Shown here: one piece after another, positions 54,186 through 63,474 of the stretch
Position numbering within the stretch: position 1 is the stretch's first letter
Layout of the letters: every line of letters begins with the position of its first letter
Assembly (NCBI GenBank): GCA_043390205.1
Contig: DAWERN010000001.1
Coordinates: forward strand, 143,942-207,941
DNA: 64,000 bases
DNA from: Candidatus Azoamicus soli
GTDB lineage: Bacteria > Pseudomonadota > Gammaproteobacteria > UBA6186 > Azoamicaceae
Direction of reading: 5' to 3'
Notes under the pieces: model-generated
Seen by the model: only the letters and a program-made list of their open reading frames with translations
Told to the model about the DNA's origin: nothing
Databases searched by the model: none
Position numbers and translations under genes: made by a program

Positions 54186-55106
54186 TTATGATAAAGTTGT
54201 TAATATTTCTTCTAAAATTTTATTATTTAATCTAATATCATTTATTTTTATATTTAGTGTTATTAAAGACGTTATTAATTTAATTAGTGTTTTAGTGTTA
54301 ACTTTTAATAGTAATGTAAATGTTTCATTATCTATTATAATTGACGGAAAATCGTTTTTTAATAAATTAATTGTTGTTTTATCTAGTGAGTCATCTAATT
54401 TTAATATTAATTCTTTATATAAAATTTCATTAGTATAATCAATGGTATTAATATTAATATGTTTTATTATAGTTCCATTTGATAAAATTAGTACTTGGTC
54501 AACGTTGTTATAAATTTCTGTTAAATGATGACTTGATATTAATACTATTGCTCCCATTGTAGTTAAATTCTTTAATATGTGATAAAACATTGCTATACTT
54601 CCACAGTCAAAGCCATTTGACGGTTCATCAAATAATATTATTTTAGGATTACCTATTATTGCTTGTGCTAAGTTTAATCGTTGTTTCATTCCTTTTGATA
54701 ATGCTTTTATTTGTTTATTGCGATGTTCTAATAAAAATACTGTTTTCAATGTGTCAGTTATATCATAATTATCATATCCCTTTAAACTAGCAAGCAATAA
54801 AAGAATTTCTTGGACAGTCATATTTTTATATAAAAAAAGAAACTCTGGCATAAATCCTAAAACAGCTTTGTATTGCATAATATTTTTTGACGTTATTTGT
54901 TCGTTGTTGTATTTAATATAACCAGATGTTGGTTTATAAATTCCAGTTAGAATTTTAAGTAAAGTTGTTTTACCGCTGCCATTAATTCCTAATAATGCTA
55001 TTATTTTACCACTTTCGATTTTAATGTTTATATTAGTTAATATTGTATTATTTTTTTTATATGAAAAACTGATATGTTCCAATTCTAAATAATTTATTTT
55101 TACCAT
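54186..55106 (-). CDS. nosF: ABC transporter ATPase NosF
   Basis: GINGSGKTT, LSKGMKQR, FDEP, ISSH; between nosD and nosY. Confidence 0.93.
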   Translation of the reverse strand: MVKINYLELEHISFSYKKNNTILTNINIKIESGKIIALLGINGSGKTTLLKILTGIYKPTSGYIKYNNEQITSKNIMQYKAVLGFMPEFLFLYKNMTVQEILLLLASLKGYDNYDITDTLKTVFLLEHRNKQIKALSKGMKQRLNLAQAIIGNPKIILFDEPSNGFDCGSIAMFYHILKNLTTMGAIVLISSHHLTEIYNNVDQVLILSNGTIIKHININTIDYTNEILYKELILKLDDSLDKTTINLLKNDFPSIIIDNETFTLLLKVNTKTLIKLITSLITLNIKINDIRLNNKILEEILTTLS

Positions 55107-56338
55107 ATCATTGCTCTCATTAATGGAAATTTGTCAACGATTGAATATTTTCTAAAAGCTGGAAATTGATTTTCAATTTTTTGTAGTAAAATTAACACTG
55201 GACTGTTTAACATAATCTTTAAAATTGGATAAGAAAATATTAACCAATCATTAATGTTTGTGACATAAAACAATTGATCACCTATATTATCCATATTTAA
55301 ATCCCATCCTAGATAATGTGACCAAAAATTGCCAGTTTTGCTAGAATTCCATATTAATTTATTATTATCTAAGTATTGTGATTGTAATCTATTACTAATT
55401 ACATTATTATCATACACCAAATTATCTGTACCGCCACTATATATTTTAATTCCTATATTGTTTTTTATAATGTCATTATTTATTATATCATTAAAATAGC
55501 TATTTCCAAGTAGAATACCATCATTATTATATAATGATTTATTTCTTAAAATTCTGCTATATAAAACATCTCTAAAAAACAATCCATGGTCGATATTTAA
55601 ATATGAAAAATTATTTACAAGATCAACATATTTAGAATACATTACAGCAATACCAATTAGAGAATCACTAATCATATTTGATGCAACTATACATCTGTTG
55701 CTAAACATATAATGAATACCAAATCTAGTATTTAGTAAAAAGTTTTTGTTGATAGAAATTTCTATTGAATTAGAAATATAAATACCGTCTCTACCGTTTA
55801 TTATAAAATTATTTGTAATAATGGTTCCATTGCTTTTATATATATTGATTGTATTTCCATTATCAGATAACATTGGTTCAGTAGTTCCTATGAATGTATT
55901 ATTTAATATATAACTATAAGATGAAGAATTTATCCAAATACCAAACCCGCATTCTGAAAAAAAATTATTTAAAATATACACATTATTTGAATTAATAAAA
56001 ACGCATGAATCTTTGTGAATCATGCTTTTTCCACTATTATAAAAATAAATACCGTCTATTTTAACATTATTGGCTGTTATTGTTACAATTGATCCATTAG
56101 CGTTTGATGTAAAAATCACTAATCCAGAAGCTATTAGTTTTATTGATTTATCTATTATATAATTTCCTATATATATTCCTGATTGTAATATTACTGTATT
56201 ATTTTCTTTAATATTTTTTAAACAATTTGAAAATTCACAAGCGTTCGTTAAATGGATACTAGAACAGTTAAGATTCATGGAATAGAATAATCCAAAAAAA
56301 AGTAAGAATTTTAAATTACCACCAAATATTTTTTTCAT
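55100..56338 (-). CDS. nosD: Nitrous oxide reductase maturation protein NosD
   Basis: Beta-helix repeats, RDGIY, RFGIHYMFS, GNFWS.Y.GWD.N.D.IGD, DKFPLM. Confidence 0.95.
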   Translation of the reverse strand: MKKIFGGNLKFLLFFGLFYSMNLNCSSIHLTNACEFSNCLKNIKENNTVILQSGIYIGNYIIDKSIKLIASGLVIFTSNANGSIVTITANNVKIDGIYFYNSGKSMIHKDSCVFINSNNVYILNNFFSECGFGIWINSSSYSYILNNTFIGTTEPMLSDNGNTINIYKSNGTIITNNFIINGRDGIYISNSIEISINKNFLLNTRFGIHYMFSNRCIVASNMISDSLIGIAVMYSKYVDLVNNFSYLNIDHGLFFRDVLYSRILRNKSLYNNDGILLGNSYFNDIINNDIIKNNIGIKIYSGGTDNLVYDNNVISNRLQSQYLDNNKLIWNSSKTGNFWSHYLGWDLNMDNIGDQLFYVTNINDWLIFSYPILKIMLNSPVLILLQKIENQFPAFRKYSIVDKFPLMRAMIW

Positions 56339-58319
56339 ATTTATTCCGTAGGTTTTTCTGTTTAATTGGTGGACATGTTGTGTCGTTATACATATTTGTT
56401 ATGCAAGTAAAACATCCAAAACATTTTTTTGAGTCGATTAAACCTGTTGATGTTATTGCTTTTGAATTGCAATTTTTTTCGCATATGTGACAAACAGCGC
56501 ATGTCCCTCTTCTTCTTAATTTTAATAAAACATTAAATGATAATAGCGATAGAAAAGCGCCTAATGGACAAATAAATCTGCAAAAAAACCTATATATAAA
56601 AATACTTATTACAATTAAGCAGACTGTGTAAATTGAAATGTAATAAGGTCTATGTATAATTCCTATAATCCATGTTGTTTTAAATGGTTCTAGTTCTGCA
56701 ATTAATTCTGCTAATGCAATACTATAAGTAGACAGTACTATTAATATGAAAAATATTATATACCTTAGATATGTTACTTGTTTATAATAGTGCCATTTAA
56801 AATGCATATTCAATATTAAGTTTCTTAATTTAAATATAAGTTCTTGTAACGCTCCAAAAGGACATATCCATCCACAAAATAATGCTTTTCCCCAGATAAA
56901 AATTGTACAAAAAATCATTAACCATGATAAAAAAATATATGGATCAAATAAAAATACTTCTAAATTTTTTATGTTATCTATTAAAGCAAATATGTTTACA
57001 ACAGATGGTTGCGCTTCCAGTAATATGCCTAATATGAAAACATCTAACATTAAAATACTTGTATAAATAATAGAAAGAACCACGGTATGTTTTGCAAGTG
57101 AATTGCGTGTTAAAAAAATTATTATTACACTACACCATACGCATAAAAATAAACTTATGTAAAATATTTTATCTTGCCATATTTGAAGCCACTTTATTGT
57201 ATATTGTTTACAAAATTCTTTTGGTATGGTGTATTTGATGTTGAATGTTTTATAATCTAATATTAAAGCTAAAGTCCATGGTTCCCATGGCTTATATTTT
57301 TTATTTGTTATTATAAAAATACCAGATTCTTTGATTTTATTTAGATCGATTAAATTCAGTTCATATACGTTTTGAAAATTTGTATCTCTAAATGTGAATA
57401 TATTATCGTTTTGTTCTATTCTAAATCTATCATAAATACCACCTCGTACAAATCCACTTCCTTTAAAGCTCCATGTACCATTATTTAATATTATTATTGC
57501 TGAATCATTGTCAGATAATTGTTCTAATATGTCATAATAATAATCGCCCAATAAATTTTTGCCTATTGATGGATGTTTTATATCAGCAAAATATATATCA
57601 ACTAATAAGTTTTTTTTTTCGTTTGGTGCTTCTTTTAGTTGGTTGTTTAATGAATAGTGTTTAATTGCTCCAATATTTATTAATTTTTTCCACGACATTT
57701 TTTTAAACAAAATATTTAAAGAACCAGAATGTATGTTATTTTTATCTATAAATTTTAGTATTATTCCTGCATTTTTACAGCTTTCAAGTATAGTTTCGTG
57801 TAGAATTAATGATGTAACTGTTGCTCCAGATATTATTGGTATACTTAATTCGTAGCTAGCGCTTTCACCTATACTAATTTTTTTGTTTATATTTTTATTT
57901 TTATAAAAAGAAAGTGCTTCTAGTAATTTTTCTATTGGTATACCTGTTAGTAATATTGGTTCGCTGTGTTTTATTAATTTTAAATTGGTTATTATACCGT
58001 TAGATTGTAAATGAATAAGTAAATCTAAGGATTTACCTGAATAAGCTACTATATTTGTCATATCCGTACTGTAAAATAAATAACTTTTTATAGTTTTAGA
58101 GGGTTTTTCATCTATTATTTCAATAATTTTTTCATTAATACAATTGTATAACATCCCTGTTTTTTTAATTGATAAATGTAAGTCTTTTTCTATATTGCAT
58201 ATAGTTTTTTCATGCTGATCTAATACTTCAGTATTAGATGTAACTGGTAACATTATCAATAAATATAATAAGAACCTTAAAATTATTTTTAGGTTCTTTG
58301 AGTATTTTAATAAGAACAA
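56316..58319 (-). CDS. nosR: NosR (FMN-binding periplasmic domain, TM region, polyferredoxin)
   Basis: AYSGK, HSEPILL.GIP, ISGATVT (FMN-Thr), SFKGSGFVRGGIYDR, FCGWICPFGALQE, FCRFICPLGA, CAVCHICEKNC, CFGCFTC. Confidence 0.96.
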   Translation of the reverse strand: MFLLKYSKNLKIILRFLLYLLIMLPVTSNTEVLDQHEKTICNIEKDLHLSIKKTGMLYNCINEKIIEIIDEKPSKTIKSYLFYSTDMTNIVAYSGKSLDLLIHLQSNGIITNLKLIKHSEPILLTGIPIEKLLEALSFYKNKNINKKISIGESASYELSIPIISGATVTSLILHETILESCKNAGIILKFIDKNNIHSGSLNILFKKMSWKKLINIGAIKHYSLNNQLKEAPNEKKNLLVDIYFADIKHPSIGKNLLGDYYYDILEQLSDNDSAIIILNNGTWSFKGSGFVRGGIYDRFRIEQNDNIFTFRDTNFQNVYELNLIDLNKIKESGIFIITNKKYKPWEPWTLALILDYKTFNIKYTIPKEFCKQYTIKWLQIWQDKIFYISLFLCVWCSVIIIFLTRNSLAKHTVVLSIIYTSILMLDVFILGILLEAQPSVVNIFALIDNIKNLEVFLFDPYIFLSWLMIFCTIFIWGKALFCGWICPFGALQELIFKLRNLILNMHFKWHYYKQVTYLRYIIFFILIVLSTYSIALAELIAELEPFKTTWIIGIIHRPYYISIYTVCLIVISIFIYRFFCRFICPLGAFLSLLSFNVLLKLRRRGTCAVCHICEKNCNSKAITSTGLIDSKKCFGCFTCITNMYNDTTCPPIKQKNLRNKYEKNIWW

Positions 58320-58328
58320 AATAAATCT

Positions 58329-60164
58329 CTAACTTACTATAAATCTGCCTCTCATTTCTAGATGAAGGGCATGACAAAACCATGTGCAATAATACCAGAA
58401 CATCCCTTTTCTATTAGCTTTAAATGTCACTGAAACTGTTTCTCCAGGAGATATTCCGAAATTTATATTGTGTTCACTTAAACAAAATCCATGAGTTAGA
58501 TCTTTTACTTTATCTAGATTTGTTTGAATTATAGTAATTTCATTACCTAAATTAACGTGAATTTCTTTTATACCATAATTTGGAGCAATGCTTGACATAA
58601 TGATGTAAACTTTGTTATCTTTTTTTATAATTTTATTAGCTCCAAATTCAAATCCTAACTCTTTGACTAGACTGCGTTCGTAAGAAAATTTTCTATCATT
58701 TATATTCCATAAACTTATAGTTTTTATAAGTTTTCTATCACATATGATACAATCGTGTGGCTCTGGTACAACTGGTCCGTCGTGTAATAATTTCATTGTG
58801 CCATCTGATATACCAATTAATTGATCATTATCAGGGAAAAAAGGTCCAGCTGGTAAGAATCTATCTTTTGAAAATTTATTTAATGATACCACAAAATTGC
58901 CATCAGCATTTTTAGTTTCACTCATAGAAGCATTTATATGGCCAGGTTGGTAATGCACATCTAGCTTTTGAATTAAATAATCTTTATCTTTTTTAATAGC
59001 TTTTTCTATATTCCACATTGAGACAACAGAATCTAAAAATAATGTTGTATATGCATTGCCTTTACCGTCAAATGCAGTGTGGAGTGGTCCTAATCCTATT
59101 TCTGGTTCTGCTATAACACATTCTCTTGGATTATTTATTTTTCCATCAAATGCGGCATCCACTTTATCCAAAGCGATTATTGTTGTTGTTGGAGATAATT
59201 TCCCAGCACATATAGCATATTTACCGTCAGGAGAAATATTTACGCCATGTGGATTTTTAGGAACTGGGATATATAAGACGTATGGATTTTTTCCTCTGCC
59301 ATCTATTATAGGTGCATCAGACTCTTTAAATTTTATTCCTTTTCCTAATTTTACTGCTGTTTCGATTCTTTCTAAATTAAAAATTGTTAAATGGTCTCTG
59401 TCTGCAGACATCATGTCTTCTAATAGAACTCCTTCTTCTGAGTTATAACATGTTCCCATTGAATATTTACCTTGATAATCTGTTGCACATAAATCCAAAT
59501 TGCCATCGACCATTATTTGCCATCGTACTTTCATTGTTTTAGCATCTATACAGGTATGCATAGCTACATATTTTTTTGGATTGTCTAGATCTCTTCCATC
59601 ATTTGGTAATGGTGTTCTAAATTCTGCATTACAATATACAGCTTCCAATTTATTTCTGGATGGAAATATACCGTGTGTGCCTTGTGAATATGGTATTTTT
59701 GTAATAGCATCTGTTTCCATGACATCTAATCTAATTCTAGCTAATCTTCCAGTACTTTTGTCATTTACAAAAGCAAATTTACCATCATATGTACCATCTT
59801 GATATGATAGGTGTACATGATGTGTATCACCTATTGTATAACCCTTTAATAATTGTTTACTATAATTCGTAATACCCCATCCTAATGTGCAATCATAATT
59901 GAACACTGGTATGCGTTTTAGCTCTCTCATAGAAGGGACTGCAATTAGTCTTACTTCTCCTGAGTGTCCACCTGACCATAATCCGTAATATCTATCAAGT
60001 TCTCCAGGTTTTACTATGTGTGTAACAATTTTTTTTTTACTATCACTTTTTATAGTAGTCATAACGCTGGAAGCAAAATAAAGTGCAGCAGCAGCAACTG
60101 TTGTACCTAATGCCTTCTTTAAGAAAATGCGTCTATTTTTTGATAGTATAATATCTTTAGTCAT
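58329..60164 (-). CDS. nosZ: Nitrous oxide reductase, clade I (Tat-exported)
   Basis: NRRIFLK twin-Arg signal, GDTHH, HG, PKNPHGVN, GLGPLHT, HYQPGH, EPHD, CuA WYYCTWFCHALHLEM. Confidence 0.99.
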   Translation of the reverse strand: MTKDIILSKNRRIFLKKALGTTVAAAALYFASSVMTTIKSDSKKKIVTHIVKPGELDRYYGLWSGGHSGEVRLIAVPSMRELKRIPVFNYDCTLGWGITNYSKQLLKGYTIGDTHHVHLSYQDGTYDGKFAFVNDKSTGRLARIRLDVMETDAITKIPYSQGTHGIFPSRNKLEAVYCNAEFRTPLPNDGRDLDNPKKYVAMHTCIDAKTMKVRWQIMVDGNLDLCATDYQGKYSMGTCYNSEEGVLLEDMMSADRDHLTIFNLERIETAVKLGKGIKFKESDAPIIDGRGKNPYVLYIPVPKNPHGVNISPDGKYAICAGKLSPTTTIIALDKVDAAFDGKINNPRECVIAEPEIGLGPLHTAFDGKGNAYTTLFLDSVVSMWNIEKAIKKDKDYLIQKLDVHYQPGHINASMSETKNADGNFVVSLNKFSKDRFLPAGPFFPDNDQLIGISDGTMKLLHDGPVVPEPHDCIICDRKLIKTISLWNINDRKFSYERSLVKELGFEFGANKIIKKDNKVYIIMSSIAPNYGIKEIHVNLGNEITIIQTNLDKVKDLTHGFCLSEHNINFGISPGETVSVTFKANRKGMFWYYCTWFCHALHLEMRGRFIVS

Positions 60165-60276
60165 TTACTTTCTCCGCAAATAAAATTAGCATATATATTA
60201 TTTTTATATATAAATGCATTTATAGTATAATAAAACATTTTATAAACTTTAAGTGTAATTTAAAATTTGGTTATAT

Positions 60277-60912
60277 ATGAAAAAAAATGTAATTATGTTT
60301 GATTTAAATACAGAAAAGATAAATGATGTTTTTAATATATATAAGCAAGAAAAAATAATAAATATAAAGCTTAATATATTTGATCTTGAACAACTTGAGA
60401 CTTCTTGCTTATATTTATTTGAAGAAACCTCAAAATCTTTTGAAATTTTTTTTCTATTATTAAAAAAGAATAAAGGAATGATGTGTATTGTTATAAATAG
60501 CAAATATCCTGAAAAAGCAGAATTAATTGAACAAGTGAATTATACTATATTACAGAAAAATATAACTGAAAATATTCTTTATGTTTTTGAATTTATTCAA
60601 TATATATTAAAAATGCAAACTGCATTACTATTTATTTTTTTATTGCATGAATTAGATAAACATCGATTTTTAATACAAAATCAAATATATAATTCCTTTT
60701 TTATAGAGTTAATGAATAGCATTATACATGAATACGGTGGTGTTAAAAAAATTTTTATTAATTGCATTTCAACATCTAATGTTCAAATGGTATATCAACA
60801 AAAAATATATCCTTATAATATAGATATTAATAAACACGAACAACTTAACCTGTTATTCTTATGTGAACTTTTATTAAAAATTAAAATAACAAATAAAATA
60901 ATAAAATTATAA
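60277..60912 (+). CDS. Degenerate short-chain dehydrogenase-fold protein (YciK-like)
   Basis: FDLEQLETSC..L, IEQVNY..LQ..I..NI, IIHEY...IFINCI, IYPY pattern resembles YciK; the Gly-rich and YxxxK motifs are absent. Confidence 0.45.
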   Translation: MKKNVIMFDLNTEKINDVFNIYKQEKIINIKLNIFDLEQLETSCLYLFEETSKSFEIFFLLLKKNKGMMCIVINSKYPEKAELIEQVNYTILQKNITENILYVFEFIQYILKMQTALLFIFLLHELDKHRFLIQNQIYNSFFIELMNSIIHEYGGVKKIFINCISTSNVQMVYQQKIYPYNIDINKHEQLNLLFLCELLLKIKITNKIIKL

Positions 60913-61773
60913 GTGATATAATATTCGCATTACTGCACTTCGTGCGGCTAAATTATTTTGCAATTCATTTATTGATGGTTTTTCTTCTATGCTGTTATGA
61001 TACATTTTAAGATATTTTATTGTTAAATGTGTTTTTATTATTCTATCTTCTAAAGAATTGAAGCTAATTAATATTAAAATACCATTAGGTAGAAAAAAAT
61101 GTTTAATATTTTTTAAGAAAATATTTAATGCTATTACTTCATTATTGACAAATATTCTAATTAAGCAAAAAATTTTATTTGAATTAAAATTAAATTTTTG
61201 AGTTGTGCGAGTGACTTTTGATAGTAATGATCGTAAATTTCTAGTTGTTTTAAACATATAATGTTTTTTAAAACTTAATATATTCTTAGTTATTTTATAT
61301 GCTAATTTTGGTGTACTTAGAGTCTTAAATATATCAAGTAATTCAGTTTTTTTTGCCTTATTTAACCAATCTAATGCTCTTATTTTTTGATTTTTATTTA
61401 TTCTCATATCAAGAAATCCGTTGTTTTTTGTATTTAATCCAATATTAGAATTAAATAATTGTGCTGTAGATATACCTAAATCTGTTAATATGCTTGTATA
61501 TATTTTTATGTTATAACATGTTGATAACATAGAAAACGATTCGAATGGTATATTGAATATATGTATATTCTGATGGGGTTTTACAATATTTTTAGAGTAT
61601 ATATGTATTGTGGTAGTGTTTTTGTCTAATGTTATGATGTGAGCATCAGAGTTTAAATATTTTAACATTTCGTTTGTATGCCCACCTGATCCATACGTAG
61701 AATCTATACAGAAGCACCAACAGTATATATCTAAGTATTTAATAGTTTCTTGTAACATTACTGGTTTATGCAT
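60907..61773 (-). CDS. rsmH: 16S rRNA m4C1402 methyltransferase RsmH
   Basis: MHKPVMLQET, DSTYGSGGH, DLGIS..Q, LDMR, RIFVNNE, ISFNSLEDRIIK, ARSA.MR. Confidence 0.95.
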   Translation of the reverse strand: MHKPVMLQETIKYLDIYCWCFCIDSTYGSGGHTNEMLKYLNSDAHIITLDKNTTTIHIYSKNIVKPHQNIHIFNIPFESFSMLSTCYNIKIYTSILTDLGISTAQLFNSNIGLNTKNNGFLDMRINKNQKIRALDWLNKAKKTELLDIFKTLSTPKLAYKITKNILSFKKHYMFKTTRNLRSLLSKVTRTTQKFNFNSNKIFCLIRIFVNNEVIALNIFLKNIKHFFLPNGILILISFNSLEDRIIKTHLTIKYLKMYHNSIEEKPSINELQNNLAARSAVMRILYHL

Positions 61774-62119
61774 AAATTTAGATAGTAAATAATTATAATA
61801 ATTATAAAAAGTTTTAAAGAATCATATATGTAGGTTATGCAACAATATTGTATTTTAAGTTATTAATATTATATTTATATAATTGTATGATAAATATTAA
61901 TACATTAATGTGAACAATATTATAACATACAATATTTGTAAAAAAAAAATAATAATAATTTGAATATACATAATAATAATCTTTAACATCAAGTATAAAT
62001 AAATAAAACTATATATTAATAATTCAGTTAGTGTTCTTATGTTTTTATTAAGCCGTGCGATTACACTATTACAGAATAAGCATGTATAATTTTAAATTAA
62101 TATTAATTATTATTAAATT

Positions 62120-62674
62120 TTATATTTTATTTAATTCGTCGATTTTTTTTAACATTATTTTTTCAATTTCATTAATGGCATTATCTATGTTTTTTTGTAT
62201 AGATGTCAAAAAAATTTTCTCTTCATCTTGTGAAATAGATTTATTCTTTGTTAAATTTTTTATATTAGTATTTGTATTACGTCTAATATTTCTAATAGTT
62301 ATTTTATGGTGTTCTGCTAAGTCTTTTATCTTTTTTATGAAGACTTGTCTTCTCTCAAGTGTATTTTTTGGATATATAATTTTGATTGTATCTGTATAGA
62401 TTGATGGAGTTAATTCCATGTTTAATTTTATTATTTCGTTATAAATTGTTTGTAGTATGTTTTTATCAAAAGGTTTTATATTAACTGTATTATTGTCAAT
62501 TATTATATTAGAAATCTGATCTAATTTGTGATATGAATTGTAGTAAGATATTGTGATATCTTCAATAACTGAAATATTAATTTTATTTAATGAATATTTT
62601 TGTAGTTCTTTTTTAAATGCAGTTATTGCAATGTTTAAGTCTTGTTTTAAAAATTCTAAATGCTTGTTTAACAT
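62120..62674 (-). CDS. frr: Ribosome recycling factor
   Basis: IKPFDK, TLERR, KITIRNIRR, ISQDE; downstream of tsf. Confidence 0.93.
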   Translation of the reverse strand: MLNKHLEFLKQDLNIAITAFKKELQKYSLNKINISVIEDITISYYNSYHKLDQISNIIIDNNTVNIKPFDKNILQTIYNEIIKLNMELTPSIYTDTIKIIYPKNTLERRQVFIKKIKDLAEHHKITIRNIRRNTNTNIKNLTKNKSISQDEEKIFLTSIQKNIDNAINEIEKIMLKKIDELNKI

Positions 62675-62679
62675 GATAA

Positions 62680-63462
62680 TTAACTTATTTTTTCACCTAC
62701 TTCAAATCTCACAAAAGTCAATAACGTAAATTTATTTGAAATTAATTCTTTTATACATGTTTTTTGCTCTTTTATGAACGGTTGTTCTAATAAGACTTGT
62801 TCTTTTAAAAATCTACTTATATCTTTATTAATATTTCTTTCTTGATTTAAAATGTTTTGTGGTATATCTTCTTGAGCTACATATTGTGGTTTCATTGCTG
62901 TTATTTGCATTGCAATATCATTATATAGTTGCATGTATTGTTCTAAAAATTGATTAGCAACAAATATTGAAGCTATTTTAATATTTTGATTTACACGATG
63001 TGTATATCCAAATATAAAATCGTCTTTTGTTGATAATTTTGTTAATCTTCTTACTATTATGTTTTCGCCTAATTGTGTTATTAAATCTATTCTAGCTAGT
63101 TCTAATTCTTTAGGCAGTATAATATTTGTTGATAAATTTATATTTTTAGAGTTTTTTTCATCATTTAAAAAATAATTATTTATTTTTTCTAACAATTTTT
63201 GGATTTCGTCTGATTTTACTACAAAATCAGTTTCACAATTAATTTCTGTCATGATAGCAGTTTTTTTATTTGTACTAATGTTTAACCCTATTAATCCTGC
63301 AGTGGTAATTCTTTCTGCTTTTAATGCTGCTTGTAAAATACCTTTTTCACGTAAATATAATATTGATTTTTCTATATTCATGTCATTTACAAGTAAGGCT
63401 TTTTGACATTCTGTTATACTGATACCTGTTTTATTTCTTAATTCTTTTATTTTTTCTAACAT
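62680..63462 (-). CDS. tsf: Elongation factor Ts
   Basis: IKELRNKTG..ECQKAL, LREKG, EINCETDFV, LGENI, LLEQPF, FVRFEVGE. Confidence 0.97.
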   Translation of the reverse strand: MLEKIKELRNKTGISITECQKALLVNDMNIEKSILYLREKGILQAALKAERITTAGLIGLNISTNKKTAIMTEINCETDFVVKSDEIQKLLEKINNYFLNDEKNSKNINLSTNIILPKELELARIDLITQLGENIIVRRLTKLSTKDDFIFGYTHRVNQNIKIASIFVANQFLEQYMQLYNDIAMQITAMKPQYVAQEDIPQNILNQERNINKDISRFLKEQVLLEQPFIKEQKTCIKELISNKFTLLTFVRFEVGEKIS

Positions 63463-63474
63463 ATCTGTGTCATG

